DNA of 59,172 nt, counting the filler. It is 4 parts of 4 records of this genome, joined end to end, with 100 filler letters (N's around TTAATTAATTAA, not from the genome) between each part and the next. Parts side by side here need not be neighbours in the genome. Positions count along the whole stretch, not along the records: positions 12,985 to 32,434 come from SRR2962707_936; positions 32,535 to 40,577 come from SRR2962707_938; positions 40,678 to 59,172 come from SRR2962707_942; 1 more part is not named here. One strand, given 5' to 3'. This document shows, in pieces, positions 30,918 to 41,716 of the stretch. Each line of letters opens with the position of its first letter. Within the stretch, counting starts at the first letter, position 1. Below the pieces are notes generated by a model. The model did no database searches and was not told the DNA's origin. It was given only the letters and a program-made list of their open reading frames with translations. Position numbers and translations under genes: made by a program.

Positions 30918-31706
30918 TTGGCGCACGTGCTGGAACAAGGGGACACGACGCTGACCGAAACAGGTGCGGCGCAAGTGTCAGGCCTGATTGGCAGCTTGGA
31001 CCCGCGGGTGCGCATTCTGGCAGCCATCGGGTTTGGTATCGTGGTGGTTGGCCTGTCTTCGCTGACCGCGCTTGGTGCCGCGATGGTGCTGTCGGCCGCG
31101 TTGCTGTGGGCGTCGCGCCTGCCTTTGGGTCCGACCTTGAAACGCATGGCAATGATGGATGGTTTCATCATTTTTATGCTGGTGCTGTTACCGTTTTCCA
31201 TTCCCGGCGACCCGATCTTTACCCTTTGGGGGTTTGCTGCCAGTTGGCAGGGGCTGTGGCGTGCCGTGGAAATTGCCCTGACGGCCAATGCGGTGATCCT
31301 TGCGCTCATGACGCTGGTCGGCACGATGGAACCCGTGACGCTGGGCCATGCCTTGTACAAGATGCGGGTGCCGGAAATCTTGGTGCATCTGTTGATGTTC
31401 ACCATCCGCTATATCGAGGTGCTGCGCGAAGAATACTTGCGGCTGCGGGGCGCAATGAAAGTGCGTGGTTTTCGACCCGGTACCAACTGGCACACCTACC
31501 GCAGCTTTGGCTATCTGGTGGGCATGATGCTGGTGCGCGCGATTGAGCGATCTGAACGGATACTGGGCGCGATGAAATGCCGTGGTTTTTCCGGACGCAT
31601 CTATCTGTTGCAAAATTTCGTTCTAACAGCAGCAGACAGGCGCTTTTCCGTATTGTTCGTGATAGCGATGGGCCTGCTGATTTGTCTGGAGCTGGTATGG
31701 CGCTGA
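30918..31706 (+). CDS. cbiQ: ECF transporter T component CbiQ
   Basis: LDPRVR, RYIEVL, MKVRGF, R-ER-I-AMKCRGF. Confidence 0.92.
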   Translation: MAHVLEQGDTTLTETGAAQVSGLIGSLDPRVRILAAIGFGIVVVGLSSLTALGAAMVLSAALLWASRLPLGPTLKRMAMMDGFIIFMLVLLPFSIPGDPIFTLWGFAASWQGLWRAVEIALTANAVILALMTLVGTMEPVTLGHALYKMRVPEILVHLLMFTIRYIEVLREEYLRLRGAMKVRGFRPGTNWHTYRSFGYLVGMMLVRAIERSERILGAMKCRGFSGRIYLLQNFVLTAADRRFSVLFVIAMGLLICLELVWR

Positions 31707-32347
31707 TCGAGCTTGATGATATCCATTTTTCCTACCACGGGCAGCCGCCGATCCTGTCGGGGGCGTCTTTGCGGCTGATGCCGGGGCAACGTTTGTCGCT
31801 AACCGGGCCAAACGGTTCCGGGAAATCGACGCTTTTGCGGGTGATCCTTGGGTTGCAGACCCCGCAGCAAGGGACCGTGCGCGCCTTTGGCACAGAGCGC
31901 AGCCAAGAGGCCGATTTTCACGAGGTCAGACGCCGCATCGGGTTGGTCTTTCAGGATGCCGACGACCAGTTGTTTTGCCCTACCGTGGCCGAAGATATCG
32001 CCTTTGGTCCGCTGAACCTTGGCAAATCCAAGGATGAGGCAATTGAAATTGTGGACCGCCTGCTAGAGCAGTTGCGCCTGTCGCATCTGCGCGACCGGAT
32101 CACGCACAAGCTGTCGGGGGGCGAAAAACGTCTTGTGACCCTGGCAACGGTTCTCGCGATGGAGCCTGAGGTGTTGCTGCTGGATGAGCCCACAAATGCG
32201 CTTGATACGCAAAACGAGGCGCGGCTGGTCGAGATTTTGCAAGGTCTGCCGCAGGCGATTTTACTGGTGAGCCATTCCACCGAATTCCGCACCCAGATCA
32301 CCCATGAGCAGGTCGAGATACGCGCAGGCCAAATTCACAGCGCCTGA
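31697..32347 (+). CDS. cbiO: ECF transporter ATPase CbiO
   Basis: GPNGSGKST, FQDADDQLFCPTV-EDIAFGP, LSGGEK, LDEPT. Confidence 0.92.
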   Translation: MALIELDDIHFSYHGQPPILSGASLRLMPGQRLSLTGPNGSGKSTLLRVILGLQTPQQGTVRAFGTERSQEADFHEVRRRIGLVFQDADDQLFCPTVAEDIAFGPLNLGKSKDEAIEIVDRLLEQLRLSHLRDRITHKLSGGEKRLVTLATVLAMEPEVLLLDEPTNALDTQNEARLVEILQGLPQAILLVSHSTEFRTQITHEQVEIRAGQIHSA

Positions 32348-32434
32348 ACCTGAACCGTCAGGTGGCGGGTTAATCTGGGCGATCCTGTGTGACGATATCA
32401 ACATCCGGATTGGGCCAAAGCCGCCAGCCGACCA

Positions 32435-32534
32435 NNNNNNNNNNNNNNNNNNNNNNNNNNNNNNNNNNNNNNNNNNNNTTAATTAATTAANNNNNNNNNN
32501 NNNNNNNNNNNNNNNNNNNNNNNNNNNNNNNNNN
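32435..32534. other. Artificial contig linker
   Basis: 44 N + TTAATTAATTAA + 44 N. Confidence 0.98.
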
Positions 32535-33110
32535 CTCTCGCTCGCTCTCTCGCTCTCTCTCTCTGTCGCTCTGTCTCACTCACTCACTCACTCACCCCGT
32601 CTGTTCGTTGCTGGTGTTTGTCCACCCGGTCGCGAGGTTGGGATGTTGGGATGTTGGGGTGGAGTCTGTCTCGCGGCGCTGTGTTGTTTCGGGGGGGAAG
32701 CTGGCTTGCTTGCTTGCTTGGCTTGGCGGGTTGGATCGATGCATTGGCTGTTCGCGCAGACAGACAGTGGACGGCGTGGCGTCAGAACAGGGGGTTCACC
32801 CACTCACTCTCTCACTCCTATCGTCAGCTTTGCTGGCGCAGCGAGCGCACACAACAAGCTCCCGTCCTTCCCCTGTATGTGTGTATGTGCCTGTGCCTGT
32901 ACCTGTGTCTGTGTCCTGTGTGTCGTGTGTGTCTTGTGTCTGTGTCTGTTTTGTTTTGTTTTTTCGGGTGTGTGCTTGTTCCGGGGTTTCTTGTGCTGTC
33001 TGTCCGGCTGGTTTGCGATCCTCGCCCCAAGTGCAGCCCTCTGCTCTTCCTTCTCTCCTCTTCCTCCTCCTCCTCCTCCCACTGCTCCGCCTTGCTCTTC
33101 TCTTCGCTCC
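32535..33110. repeat. Microsatellite/low-complexity region: (CT)n, (CACT)n, (GCTT)n, TG-rich tracts, (CCT)n
   Basis: ctctcgctcgctctct, cactcactcactcac, gcttgcttgcttgc, gtgtgtatgtgcctgtg, cctcctcctcct seen directly; typical eukaryotic non-coding DNA. Confidence 0.9.
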
Positions 33111-33381
33111 ACTTGTGGGCACGCGACGCATTCAATCGTCCGTTCATTCACGCACGTTCACAGTGTTGATCTTTCCACTCGCTGCTGCGCACTCCGTGCT
33201 CCGCAGTCGCCTTCGGTCAGGGCGTTGCGGGCGGCGGTGTCGCCGCCTCACATTGTGTGAAGCTCAAGCGTGAGAATGATGGACTAGACAGCCAGTCTTG
33301 CTTGCTTGCGTAGTCGGATTTGTTGAGGCGAGTGTCTCTTGGATTGCCAGTCCACCCGTCGTCTGTTGCTGGCTCACAAAC

Positions 33382-36300
33382 ATGTCGCTCCACATGGACG
33401 CCCGACACGTGCTTGACGAAGGTGGGGTCATCGACAAAAAAATGGTGACCGAGACGAAGTACCAGACTAAACGCTTCGTCTGGGTGGATTCCAGCACGCC
33501 GTCTCAGCCCGTTCTGTGTTGGTCGAAAGGGACGTCGAAGAATGAGAAGAAGTACAAGACGATGCTGCTGTCAGAGGCGTTGGCTTTCGTAGTGGGCATG
33601 CCCCTCAAAGTGAACTCGGCCGATATTCGCAAGTATCAAATGGACGGGTCGAAATGCATGTGCATCATTCATCCGGCCAAAGAATTTAAGGGCGGGGTTG
33701 ATCTGCGCTTTGAAAACAAAGAAACCCGCGACTTGTGGTTTACTACTTTGAATGCACTCACAGACTGCCCTGAGAAGCTGTCGCTGAACAAGATGCTTGT
33801 TGCGAACGCAACTGTTGAATGTCCACCTTCGGACGGAAGCTTAAAAACGCTTTTTCATGGTGGTGAAGCAATTAACGTTCAAAGTAGGTGTTGCGTTTGT
33901 GCATGCCATGTCGTCTTTGGTAGACTTCAACGAGCTGAATTTGATAGATCACTCAAGGATGTCTAGCCTTCATTTCTTCATTTCCAACATTTGCAACCTA
34001 GGTCATGATTTGCGCAAGTTCACGAATATATTTGTGGGTGGCTTCACTGACAACGATGCTTATGGTCTCCAATGTGGACTAATGATCGATGACATTGTCA
34101 TCGCCGTCAATGGCAAGGAAGTGCTTGGCCAAGACCTCACGTTATTTCAAGATATCGTGCTCCAGAGCAAAAAATCCGATGAGCCTTTGCGCTTTTCCGT
34201 CTACCGCGACTCGAAGTCAGCCAAACCCCTTGTCCGACGCGAGGAACCTGCCGCTGATGGTGGTGGTGCAGCTGGAGCGGGTGGAGATGGTGGAGATGGG
34301 TTCGAAGACGAAGACGTTGAGCATCCGTCCGCCATGCTGCGGATCACTGAGCCCCTTTCTGCGACCCACACTGTGGAATGTCCGATATCGCCCAACGGGT
34401 TCCAGACCATGTTCTGCGGTGGAGATTTGATTGAGAACCCGGCCCCTGGGAGCCGTTCTTACGTGAACGTTTTCGTTGAAGGCTTCAAGGAAGGCGTTGA
34501 CAGTCCACACGGCTACGCATGTGGGCTTCGTGAGGGCGACGTACTCCTTCGTGTGAATGGTACCAACGTACTTGGCGAAGATTTCGACGTTTTCTATGAC
34601 GCTCTGAAGGCTGTCATTGCGCGGAATGAAACCGCTGTGTTGGACATATATCGCGAAGGATCTGTCGCAGACGATTCCAACAGTGTTGCAATGACACCTC
34701 AGACTGATGTACCTGCAAGTGGGGCGCCGAAAGTGAACGCTCAAGCTGACACCATGAGCGGTGATGGTGCGGATGGGTACGACGAAGACGAGGGTGGTGA
34801 GCATCCCAGTGCTGACCCAACTGCTCGAGTGGTGCCAAACACTATTGTGCGATGCACAGTCCCTGCTTCGGGTGGGTTCAAGACTCTGTTTGCTGGTGGC
34901 GACGCTCCAGAGAGTCCGCCGGCGCCAGGAAGTAACGCGCTTCCGTTTGAACACGTATTCGTGGAGGGTTTCGTCGATAGCGATGCAGATGGCTCAGTCG
35001 CGTTCGGCAAACATATTGGGCTGCGAGAGGCTGATGTCATCTGTGCTGTGAACGGCCGCAATACCCTTGGTGAGGACTTTGATGTATTCCACGCCGCACT
35101 TTCCGGCGTCATGCGCCAGGGAGCTGGGGCGCCTGTTGAGTTCTCGTTATTTCGAGCCAGCGCACAGTCACTGCCACCAAGCTCGGATCGCCATCCTGCC
35201 ACTGCTACTGCAGATGCAGGCGTCCAACCTCACACTGGTCAAGAAGGACGGGGCCCTCCTCCACCACCGCCGCGGATGGGTGCCTCCGCTATCTCTTCAC
35301 ATGAGGCGGAAACCGCAAATGCTGACACGAGCACGGCCTCGACTGACGAAACCCCAAGCTTGCCAACCGCTCGCTTAGATGCTGGAGCCGGTTTGAACGT
35401 AAACAGCGACACTGATAGCGACAGCCTTGTAGTCCGCTGCCCACCAAATGAGGCTGGTGGGGGACTTGGAGTCATGTTTGCTGGCGGTGAGTTCCAGAAC
35501 AGAAGCGGGGCCTTTGACCCGATTCAAGTGGAAGATTTCAGTAGCGACAAGAGCTATGGCAAGGCTTGCGGCCTCGAAGTGGGTGACGTAGTTGTCGGAG
35601 TTGGCACAACGAACATGCGCGGAGCTTCGTTGGAATCTTTTCAAGACGCCGTTATGGACTTGCTAGAAAGGCGTCAAGTCATTGAGTTTTTCCTTCTCCG
35701 CGATAAAGACCCATCGGCTGGCTCAGTGAGTGAGCCAAATGTCGGCGCACCGCCAACGGCTGGGCCTAGTTTGCGTGACAGCGGCGGCCGTCCGCAGCCA
35801 GCTCCCCCTCCTACTCGCGAGGAACAATTTTTGAGACCTCCTCCGGGCGTCATGGAGACCCCAACCCACCGCGAAACAGGCGGCAGCACCCAAGCAGAGC
35901 CAACTGCAGCACCTTCGTATGCAAGTGTGGCTGAAACTGCTCAACCCGGCGGTGCACTTGAGGACACCAGCAATGGCCCCTCGAATCCAAACGTCGCAAG
36001 TACAGATGAAGAGGACGATCATCGCGAAGGGGAAGGCGACGGCTGGGAGGTTCCCGGTACAGATGACGAGGATGCTGCTGCCGCCAAAGAGGTTCTTGGG
36101 CAAGACCGGCGTGACAACTGGGACTCTGGCGATGGTGATGATGTGGATAGTGACGGCTTTGGGAGCCCACGTCAATCGGCCGTGGACATGATGAACATGG
36201 ACACACAGCGCTGGCTGCAGTCTTTAAACCTTGGACAGTTCATCCCAGCCTTCTCTGACGCAGGTATCTACACTATCGAGGATATTGGATCTAGTTTGGA

Positions 36301-38401
36301 CCGGTTGAAGGAAATTGGCCTGAACAATATTCAACAGCGGCGACTCAAGCACATGCTTGGACAATACAGCAACGAGGTCTATATGAATCTTGAAAATGTT
36401 GCGCTCATGAACTCAGGCGTGTTGAAAAGCCAGAAGAAATGGCGGGCTCTCATCAGTCCAAAGAATAGCGACGGCAGCGCAGGCCAGACAGGCAGTGCAC
36501 CTCAGACACCTTTGGCGAAGCGCAGTAGTGAATGGCCCACGAATACGGAGGGGATTGCGACCAATGAAGAGATCAACCATAGTGATAACTCCATAACGAA
36601 GCCTGCAGCGCCCGCAAGCAGGCAGGAAAACAAAAGGCCACAAGCATCTGTCGATCTCCTATCGCCGCATCGCCGGCCCCAGGAGGTGCAAAAACCAGAG
36701 CCCAGCGCTGGTGCAGCTACCTCCCCTTCTTACCTTACAAGGGGGACGAGCAGCACAGACCTCTTTGGGCGACCTGTTGACCCAAATCGACAACGCCAGC
36801 AACAGCAAGACTCCGCAACGTCGTATCCATACGGCCTTCATCATCCTAACTTGCCACGCTCCAACCCAGGCATGGGCTCATCGTTTCAGCTGTCTGGACC
36901 GTCGTCCACTCGAATTACCGGTGGAGCTCCAGCTGGAGCTCCACAGCGACGCCCGATGACCGTTTCGGCGCTGTCCCCCTACGTCCGGGCAGAGCAGTAC
37001 CAAGCAATGTATCAGCAACTAACTCAGGCCAAAGAACGGCTGGCAGCCGCGAAGAATGTGCACGTTTTGCTCCGAGCCGTGCGATTTGAGCGCATGGTTG
37101 CCGACAACAACGTCGATGCCGCCATCCTCCAAGAAACGCTCCTCAACACACGCCTGCGCGTCGCCGCGAAGAGAAAGGAAACTGAGGAGCTTGAAAAAAC
37201 GTACGCCGTGATGGCAGCAATGGCATTGTTCCGCCCGTTATTTTGTGTAACCACCTCCCCATCGTTTGTGATAGCCATTTGCGTTGGGCTCTGTTTGCCT
37301 TTCGTCTCACGCGGTTGTCGACTTGTTTCTGCTGGAATTAGTTACGAGAAAACGTCCAAAAATGGAACTGGTGAGCTGGAAGACTATGAGCATCAAGCTA
37401 TCGTTCTTTCAACGAAGACAGACGAAGCACGCCGAGTTGTACGGTCGGACCCAGCGGAGCGTATCCGATACCGACTAGAGCAGGACAAGAGTGAGTACCT
37501 TGAGGCGGCGACATCCGCCATGCAGCACTTCATTGAGCGAGAACGCAAGAACTATCAGCGGCGGGTCCAAAAACTTACGACCAAGTTCAGTCCACCTGCA
37601 GTTATGGCCTCTCTACAAAAGAACACCCGAGCGCACCGGTTCTGGACTCGGAGTGTGCGCGACAGCTTGGAAGCTGAGACGCAAAGTGTCAAGGCGCGTC
37701 GCCAAGTGTTGAACAATTTGCAGTCGATCAACGCCAGCGTACGATACGACGACCCAGCGCGGCGATTAGTCCGATACACACAAGCAGTGTGGATGATCCG
37801 GAGGCAGTTCATGAATGAGGCTTGGACAGGGTCTCTCGTGTTTTTCCAGAGTATTGTTCCTTTCCTCAACGACCCACGCGCGCTTGAGATTGTGCAAAAA
37901 GTATTGCCTCTCCTCGAAAAGCGTTGGATCAATGCTTTGGCCAACAAGCAAGCAGAACAAAAAATGAAGAGCGGTGATAGTGGGAGAAGAAACCTTGCTA
38001 ACTCACCACACGCAGCGACACCTCGCCGGCAACATCCAAGTCCCGGCAGACGACACTCAGCGGGCAAGGCCTCCACATATGCGGCGTCAGCTGGCCTTGA
38101 CGTGGATGAGAAGCGATCTCCGGGTGTAGGAGAGGCGTCCATGTCGGCTCTCACTCCTTCGCCAGGACGCCGTGTTGGCTTTCCGTTCGACTCGTTTCTT
38201 TACTCAGCTCGAGGTAGTCGAGGCGGTAGCGAGTCCCCTTCGGGCCACTCACCGTTGAACCGCGGCCTTGGAACCCCAAGGGAGACAGGCAGAAGATACA
38301 CGCCAACTGGACAGGCAAGCGGCCAGAAGGGTCCGTCGCCTGGCATTCCTGTTCGTCGAAGCCCTCCGCACCCCGCTAACTGGAAGCATTACTCGAAGTA
38401 A
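33382..38401 (+). CDS. Eukaryotic spliced gene: PH - 4x PDZ-like - SAM - coiled-coil scaffold (~1586 aa); join(33382..33883,34002..37200,37342..38401)
   Basis: ATG in ACAAACATG context; PH motifs (KRFVWVD...LCWSK...LRFENKETRDLWFTTL); four repeats with CGL-GD-I-AVNG PDZ core; SAM (WLQSLNLGQFIPAF...LKEIGL...QQRRL); GT-AG introns restore the frame. Confidence 0.75.
33884..34001 (+). other. Spliceosomal intron (118 nt, phase 1)
   Basis: A|GTAGGT donor, pyrimidine-rich tract, CCTAG| acceptor; joins ORF 33298-33966 to ORF 33857-38401 and completes PDZ repeat 1. Confidence 0.85.
37201..37341 (+). other. Probable in-frame spliceosomal intron (141 nt)
   Basis: AC|GTACGC donor and ATTAG| acceptor; T-rich; removal restores coiled coil ...EELEKTYEKTSK... 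Confidence 0.65.
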
Positions 38402-38564
38402 AGTGCTGCGAATGCCTCCCAAAGCTGCATTGTGGTTTGGAAACAGCAGTCAAACACAGTGCGTGTGTGCGTGCGTATCGACGGTGTGAACAGCTGCATT
38501 AAATTTATTATTTCACAAATGGCACGATACTCTTTCTCGTGCTTGCTCGTTGCAGTGCGATTGT

Positions 38565-40060
38565 TCATTCGAAATCATCGTCGCTGCACTGCTCCCAAGT
38601 CCCTTGCAGCTGTTGGTGGTGAATTTGTGGATTGATATTGCGCGGACTGACCCTTGTCAATCCCAGGGAGGAGCTGACACTAAAACCTCCAACTAATCCG
38701 TCTCCAGCGACACCGCTCACCCCAACCGGTACTCCGCGACATGACGGCGCCGACCCTAGTCGAGGACGGTGAGTCCCAGAGGCAGCCACATTGCCTGGAG
38801 CGTCAATACTCGATGCTCTGGCGTTGGATTCCAGAAAGCTAGGGATATCACTTGAGCCCGTCCTGCTTTGATTTGAAGAACGCCTATCCACAGAAGCCGC
38901 TGACGCCGGGCGCAAGAGTCCGCTACTCAAAGCTCGTCTTGCGCCAGCAAGACTGCGTTGCGTCAAAAAGAGGTTTGCCTTTGCCCAAGCCACCTTCAGC
39001 TCCTCCCGAGCTGCATCGATGTCTTCTCGCGTCTGTCCACACAGCAACAACAGCAGCGGTTAAAAATCCAATGCATGTGACATCCAATGCAACCATCCAG
39101 TCTCTCTTTCTCGATCTCGGCCTCTGCCTTTCCCTCCAACTCGCGCACGCACACGCTCACACGAAAACTGGTTAAGTACATTCAAATTACCTGTGCGAGA
39201 CCAGCCCGATGCTGACTGCCCATTTGCCAAATCGCCTTTTTTGTTGTGGGGTCGACGCACAGACGGTTGGCATCCGCAACGAACATGCTGTCTGCAGAAT
39301 CTGGGGCCGGTTCGCCTGGAACCCCAACAACTGCGCCAAAACTACTTCCTCCAAGTTTCAGTGCCTGCCGCGGCGGAGAACGCGGGCGGCGCACGACGGC
39401 GCTTTGCGCTCTGCGGCGGCCGTGTCCTTGGCCTCGCGCAGATTTTGCCTTTGCTGCATGCACTGCATTTCCCTCCTCGAATGCCTTCTCACTTGCAGCG
39501 GCTTGCTTGCGTTGCGTGCGCACACGGTTGGAACTGCGGGGATTTGAGAGTCGTGCAACCAAGCTTTGGACTTTCTTCGAAGATAGACGAGTGGAAGAAG
39601 TCGCTGCGTTGGCCACGGATCGAGATCGAGGTCGCCCTCGTGGAGACTCTGGCTTGAGGCGAGTTGCCACCCGATGTTGGTGGTGGCGATGGTGGTGATT
39701 CACTCCAAGTAGCCCAGCTCGATTGGCCGACGAAGAATGCGACGACGCAGGGCGCCGTGAAGTTGCCACCGTGCGTGGCTTGGATTGCTTCTTTTTGGAA
39801 CTCGTTGATGCTCTTCTCCTACCGCTGTCTCCTGCTGCAGACGATGACGAGCGTTGGAGGGAGCCGTTGTCGGCATTCGACGCGGTGGAGGAAGAATGTC
39901 TCCTTCTTTCACTTTTAGTTTCTAATCGTGTGCGTATTCCTGCAGCAGCGTAGCGGGACCGACTACGGTTGCTGTTGTTGCTTTTGGTGGAGACGCCTTC
40001 ACGAGGCTGTGCAGGCTTGGTGTACCCCGAGCTGTACTTCAATATTAAATTGTGCGACAT
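38565..40060 (-). CDS. Eukaryotic spliced gene, Ser/Arg-rich largely disordered protein (~445 aa); complement(join(38565..39032,39191..40060))
   Basis: ORFs 39182-40060 and 38565-39050 joined in phase 0 by a GT-AG intron; convergent with the PDZ gene. Confidence 0.6.
39033..39190 (-). other. Spliceosomal intron (158 nt, phase 0)
   Basis: CAG|GTAATT donor and GGACAG|ACG acceptor on the minus strand. Confidence 0.75.
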
Positions 40061-40416
40061 AATGATTGGCTTGCTTCAACTGAATCCCCAGGGGTGGTGA
40101 ACAGGAGGATCAATCCATTTTTTGTTAAACCCCTCCTTATCCATTGAGGATGGCACGTTCACTTCGTGACTCACTGCCGCGTGAAAAAAAACGAAACAAC
40201 GAATCAGTGAGGAGTCATTGACCTGCTAATCGTCCACCGTCCCACGGGCAAACATAACGCGGAACGCTGATGAGCGAAAGCCTGCAAAGACAGGCATCAA
40301 GTGGCGCTGTTCGACGAAAAACGATTCAAAGAAAATTTAATTTCTCAACGAGTGTGATACAGGTAGGGTGCAACTGCTTTTCAATCAATCAGTCCCCCCA
40401 TTATTATTCCTTTGCC

Positions 40417-40577
40417 ACCACACACATGGATACGGACACGGATAAACAACGGGTCAACAATAATCTTTGCAAACAGGCACGAACATGGATAGCCACACAC
40501 GGATACACACGCACGGATACACACGCACGGATACACATTCATACACGCACGCACACCACACACACACACACACACAC
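40417..40577. repeat. CA-rich microsatellite with repeated CACGGATACAC unit
   Basis: ggatacacac gcacggatac acacgcacgg atacac... ending in pure (CA)n at the contig break. Confidence 0.9.
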
Positions 40578-40677
40578 NNNNNNNNNNNNNNNNNNNNNNN
40601 NNNNNNNNNNNNNNNNNNNNNTTAATTAATTAANNNNNNNNNNNNNNNNNNNNNNNNNNNNNNNNNNNNNNNNNNNN
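40578..40677. other. Artificial contig linker
   Basis: 44 N + TTAATTAATTAA + 44 N. Confidence 0.98.
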
Positions 40678-40852
40678 TCGACTTGCCGCAGCCCGAGGGG
40701 CCCACCAGGGCGATGAAGTCGCCGGGGGCGATGTCGAGGGAAATGGGTCTCAGGGCTTCAACCGGAGAATCGGTGTCTGTGCCAAACGTGACCGATGTCC
40801 GCTGAATGGTGATGCCCTTGGTATTCATTGTCATGTCAGTGGCGTCGGTCAT
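40678..40852 (-). CDS. ABC transporter ATP-binding protein (TauB/SsuB type), 3' truncated
   Basis: [22 protein letters not shown]alker A at the contig edge. Confidence 0.88.
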
Positions 40853-40853
40853 G

Positions 40854-41621
40854 TCAGCTCCCCCACGCGAAACGGTTGTTGAGGATGCGGAACACGGCAT
40901 CGATGAGAACGCCCAGAATGCCGATCGTCACCATGCCGACCAGCACCAGATCTGACCGGAGAATTTCCATGCCATCTGCGATCAGATATCCAAGCCCAAC
41001 CTGGGCCGCGACAAGTTCGGCGGCAATGATGGCGGCCCATCCGGTCCCGAATGAAATCCGCAACCCGACGACGATGGTCGGCATCGCGGCCGGCAGAATA
41101 ACTTTCGTAAACAGTGCGCGGTCGGTATCGCAGCCAAGGACTTGCCCGGCACGGATCAGAACCGGATCAACGCCCTTCACGCCGGACACGGTGTTCAGCA
41201 GAATGGGGAAAAATGTGGCAATGAAAATGATGAAGATTTTGCCGGTTTCACCAATGCCGAACCACAGAATGGCGAGGGGGATCCAGGCCAGCGGCGAAAT
41301 CGGCCGGAACAGTTCGATAATCGGGTCCATGATCCGCTCGAACGGTAAAAAACGTCCCATGGCGAGGCCGAGCGGCACGGCGACGATCGCGGAGAGAACC
41401 CAGGCTGAGATCACACGGCCCAGGCTGGCACCGACGTGAATAAACAACTCTCCTGAAATGATCAGTTCCAGAAATGTCTCAGCCGTCAATAATGGCGGTG
41501 GCAGCAAGGCGACGTGCGCATTGGTGAAGGTAACCACCAACTGCCAAACCACGACGATAAATAAGCTTGCATAAATAAACGGTAAAACCGATGTGGCGAA
41601 AGGCCTTGCGGCGGATTTCAT
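40854..41621 (-). CDS. ABC transporter permease (TauC/SsuC type)
   Basis: [28 protein letters not shown]-like loop, [12 protein letters not shown]. Confidence 0.92.
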   Translation of the reverse strand: MKSAARPFATSVLPFIYASLFIVVVWQLVVTFTNAHVALLPPPLLTAETFLELIISGELFIHVGASLGRVISAWVLSAIVAVPLGLAMGRFLPFERIMDPIIELFRPISPLAWIPLAILWFGIGETGKIFIIFIATFFPILLNTVSGVKGVDPVLIRAGQVLGCDTDRALFTKVILPAAMPTIVVGLRISFGTGWAAIIAAELVAAQVGLGYLIADGMEILRSDLVLVGMVTIGILGVLIDAVFRILNNRFAWGS

Positions 41622-41716
41622 GGGAAACCTCGGGTGCTTGAAAGACAGGGGCAAGGTGACCGACGCACGCATGGATTTGCCATGACGGGCGCCGGTCAAT
41701 CTTGGTCAGTGCGACG

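Noticed and set aside
13654..32347. Missing cobS/T/Q/D/P/U/V/C as evidence of an incomplete or novel B12 route
   Set aside because: These genes are commonly located elsewhere in Alphaproteobacteria, and the contig is only 19 kb
32588..33273. Cys/Val/Leu-rich ORFs (32608-33273, 32618-33169, 32643-33260 and reverse)
   Set aside because: Translations of TG/CT microsatellites; no domain-like sequence
40490..40545. CACGGATACAC repeats as a CRISPR-like array
   Set aside because: Short units without unique spacers, embedded in a CA microsatellite; no cas genes
32535..40577. Eukaryote-like PDZ/SAM gene as horizontal transfer into a bacterium
   Set aside because: Separate contig with spliceosomal introns and microsatellites; no physical link to bacterial DNA
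40270..40577. Plus-strand ORF/possible first exon MSESLQRQ... with a CAG|GTAGGG donor
   Set aside because: Runs into a (CA)n tract and has no recognisable motif; the region is better explained as upstream DNA of the minus-strand gene, though not excluded
41657..41698. Imperfect hairpin between SBP and permease genes as an ncRNA
   Set aside because: Typical mRNA-stabilising stem after an ABC binding-protein gene
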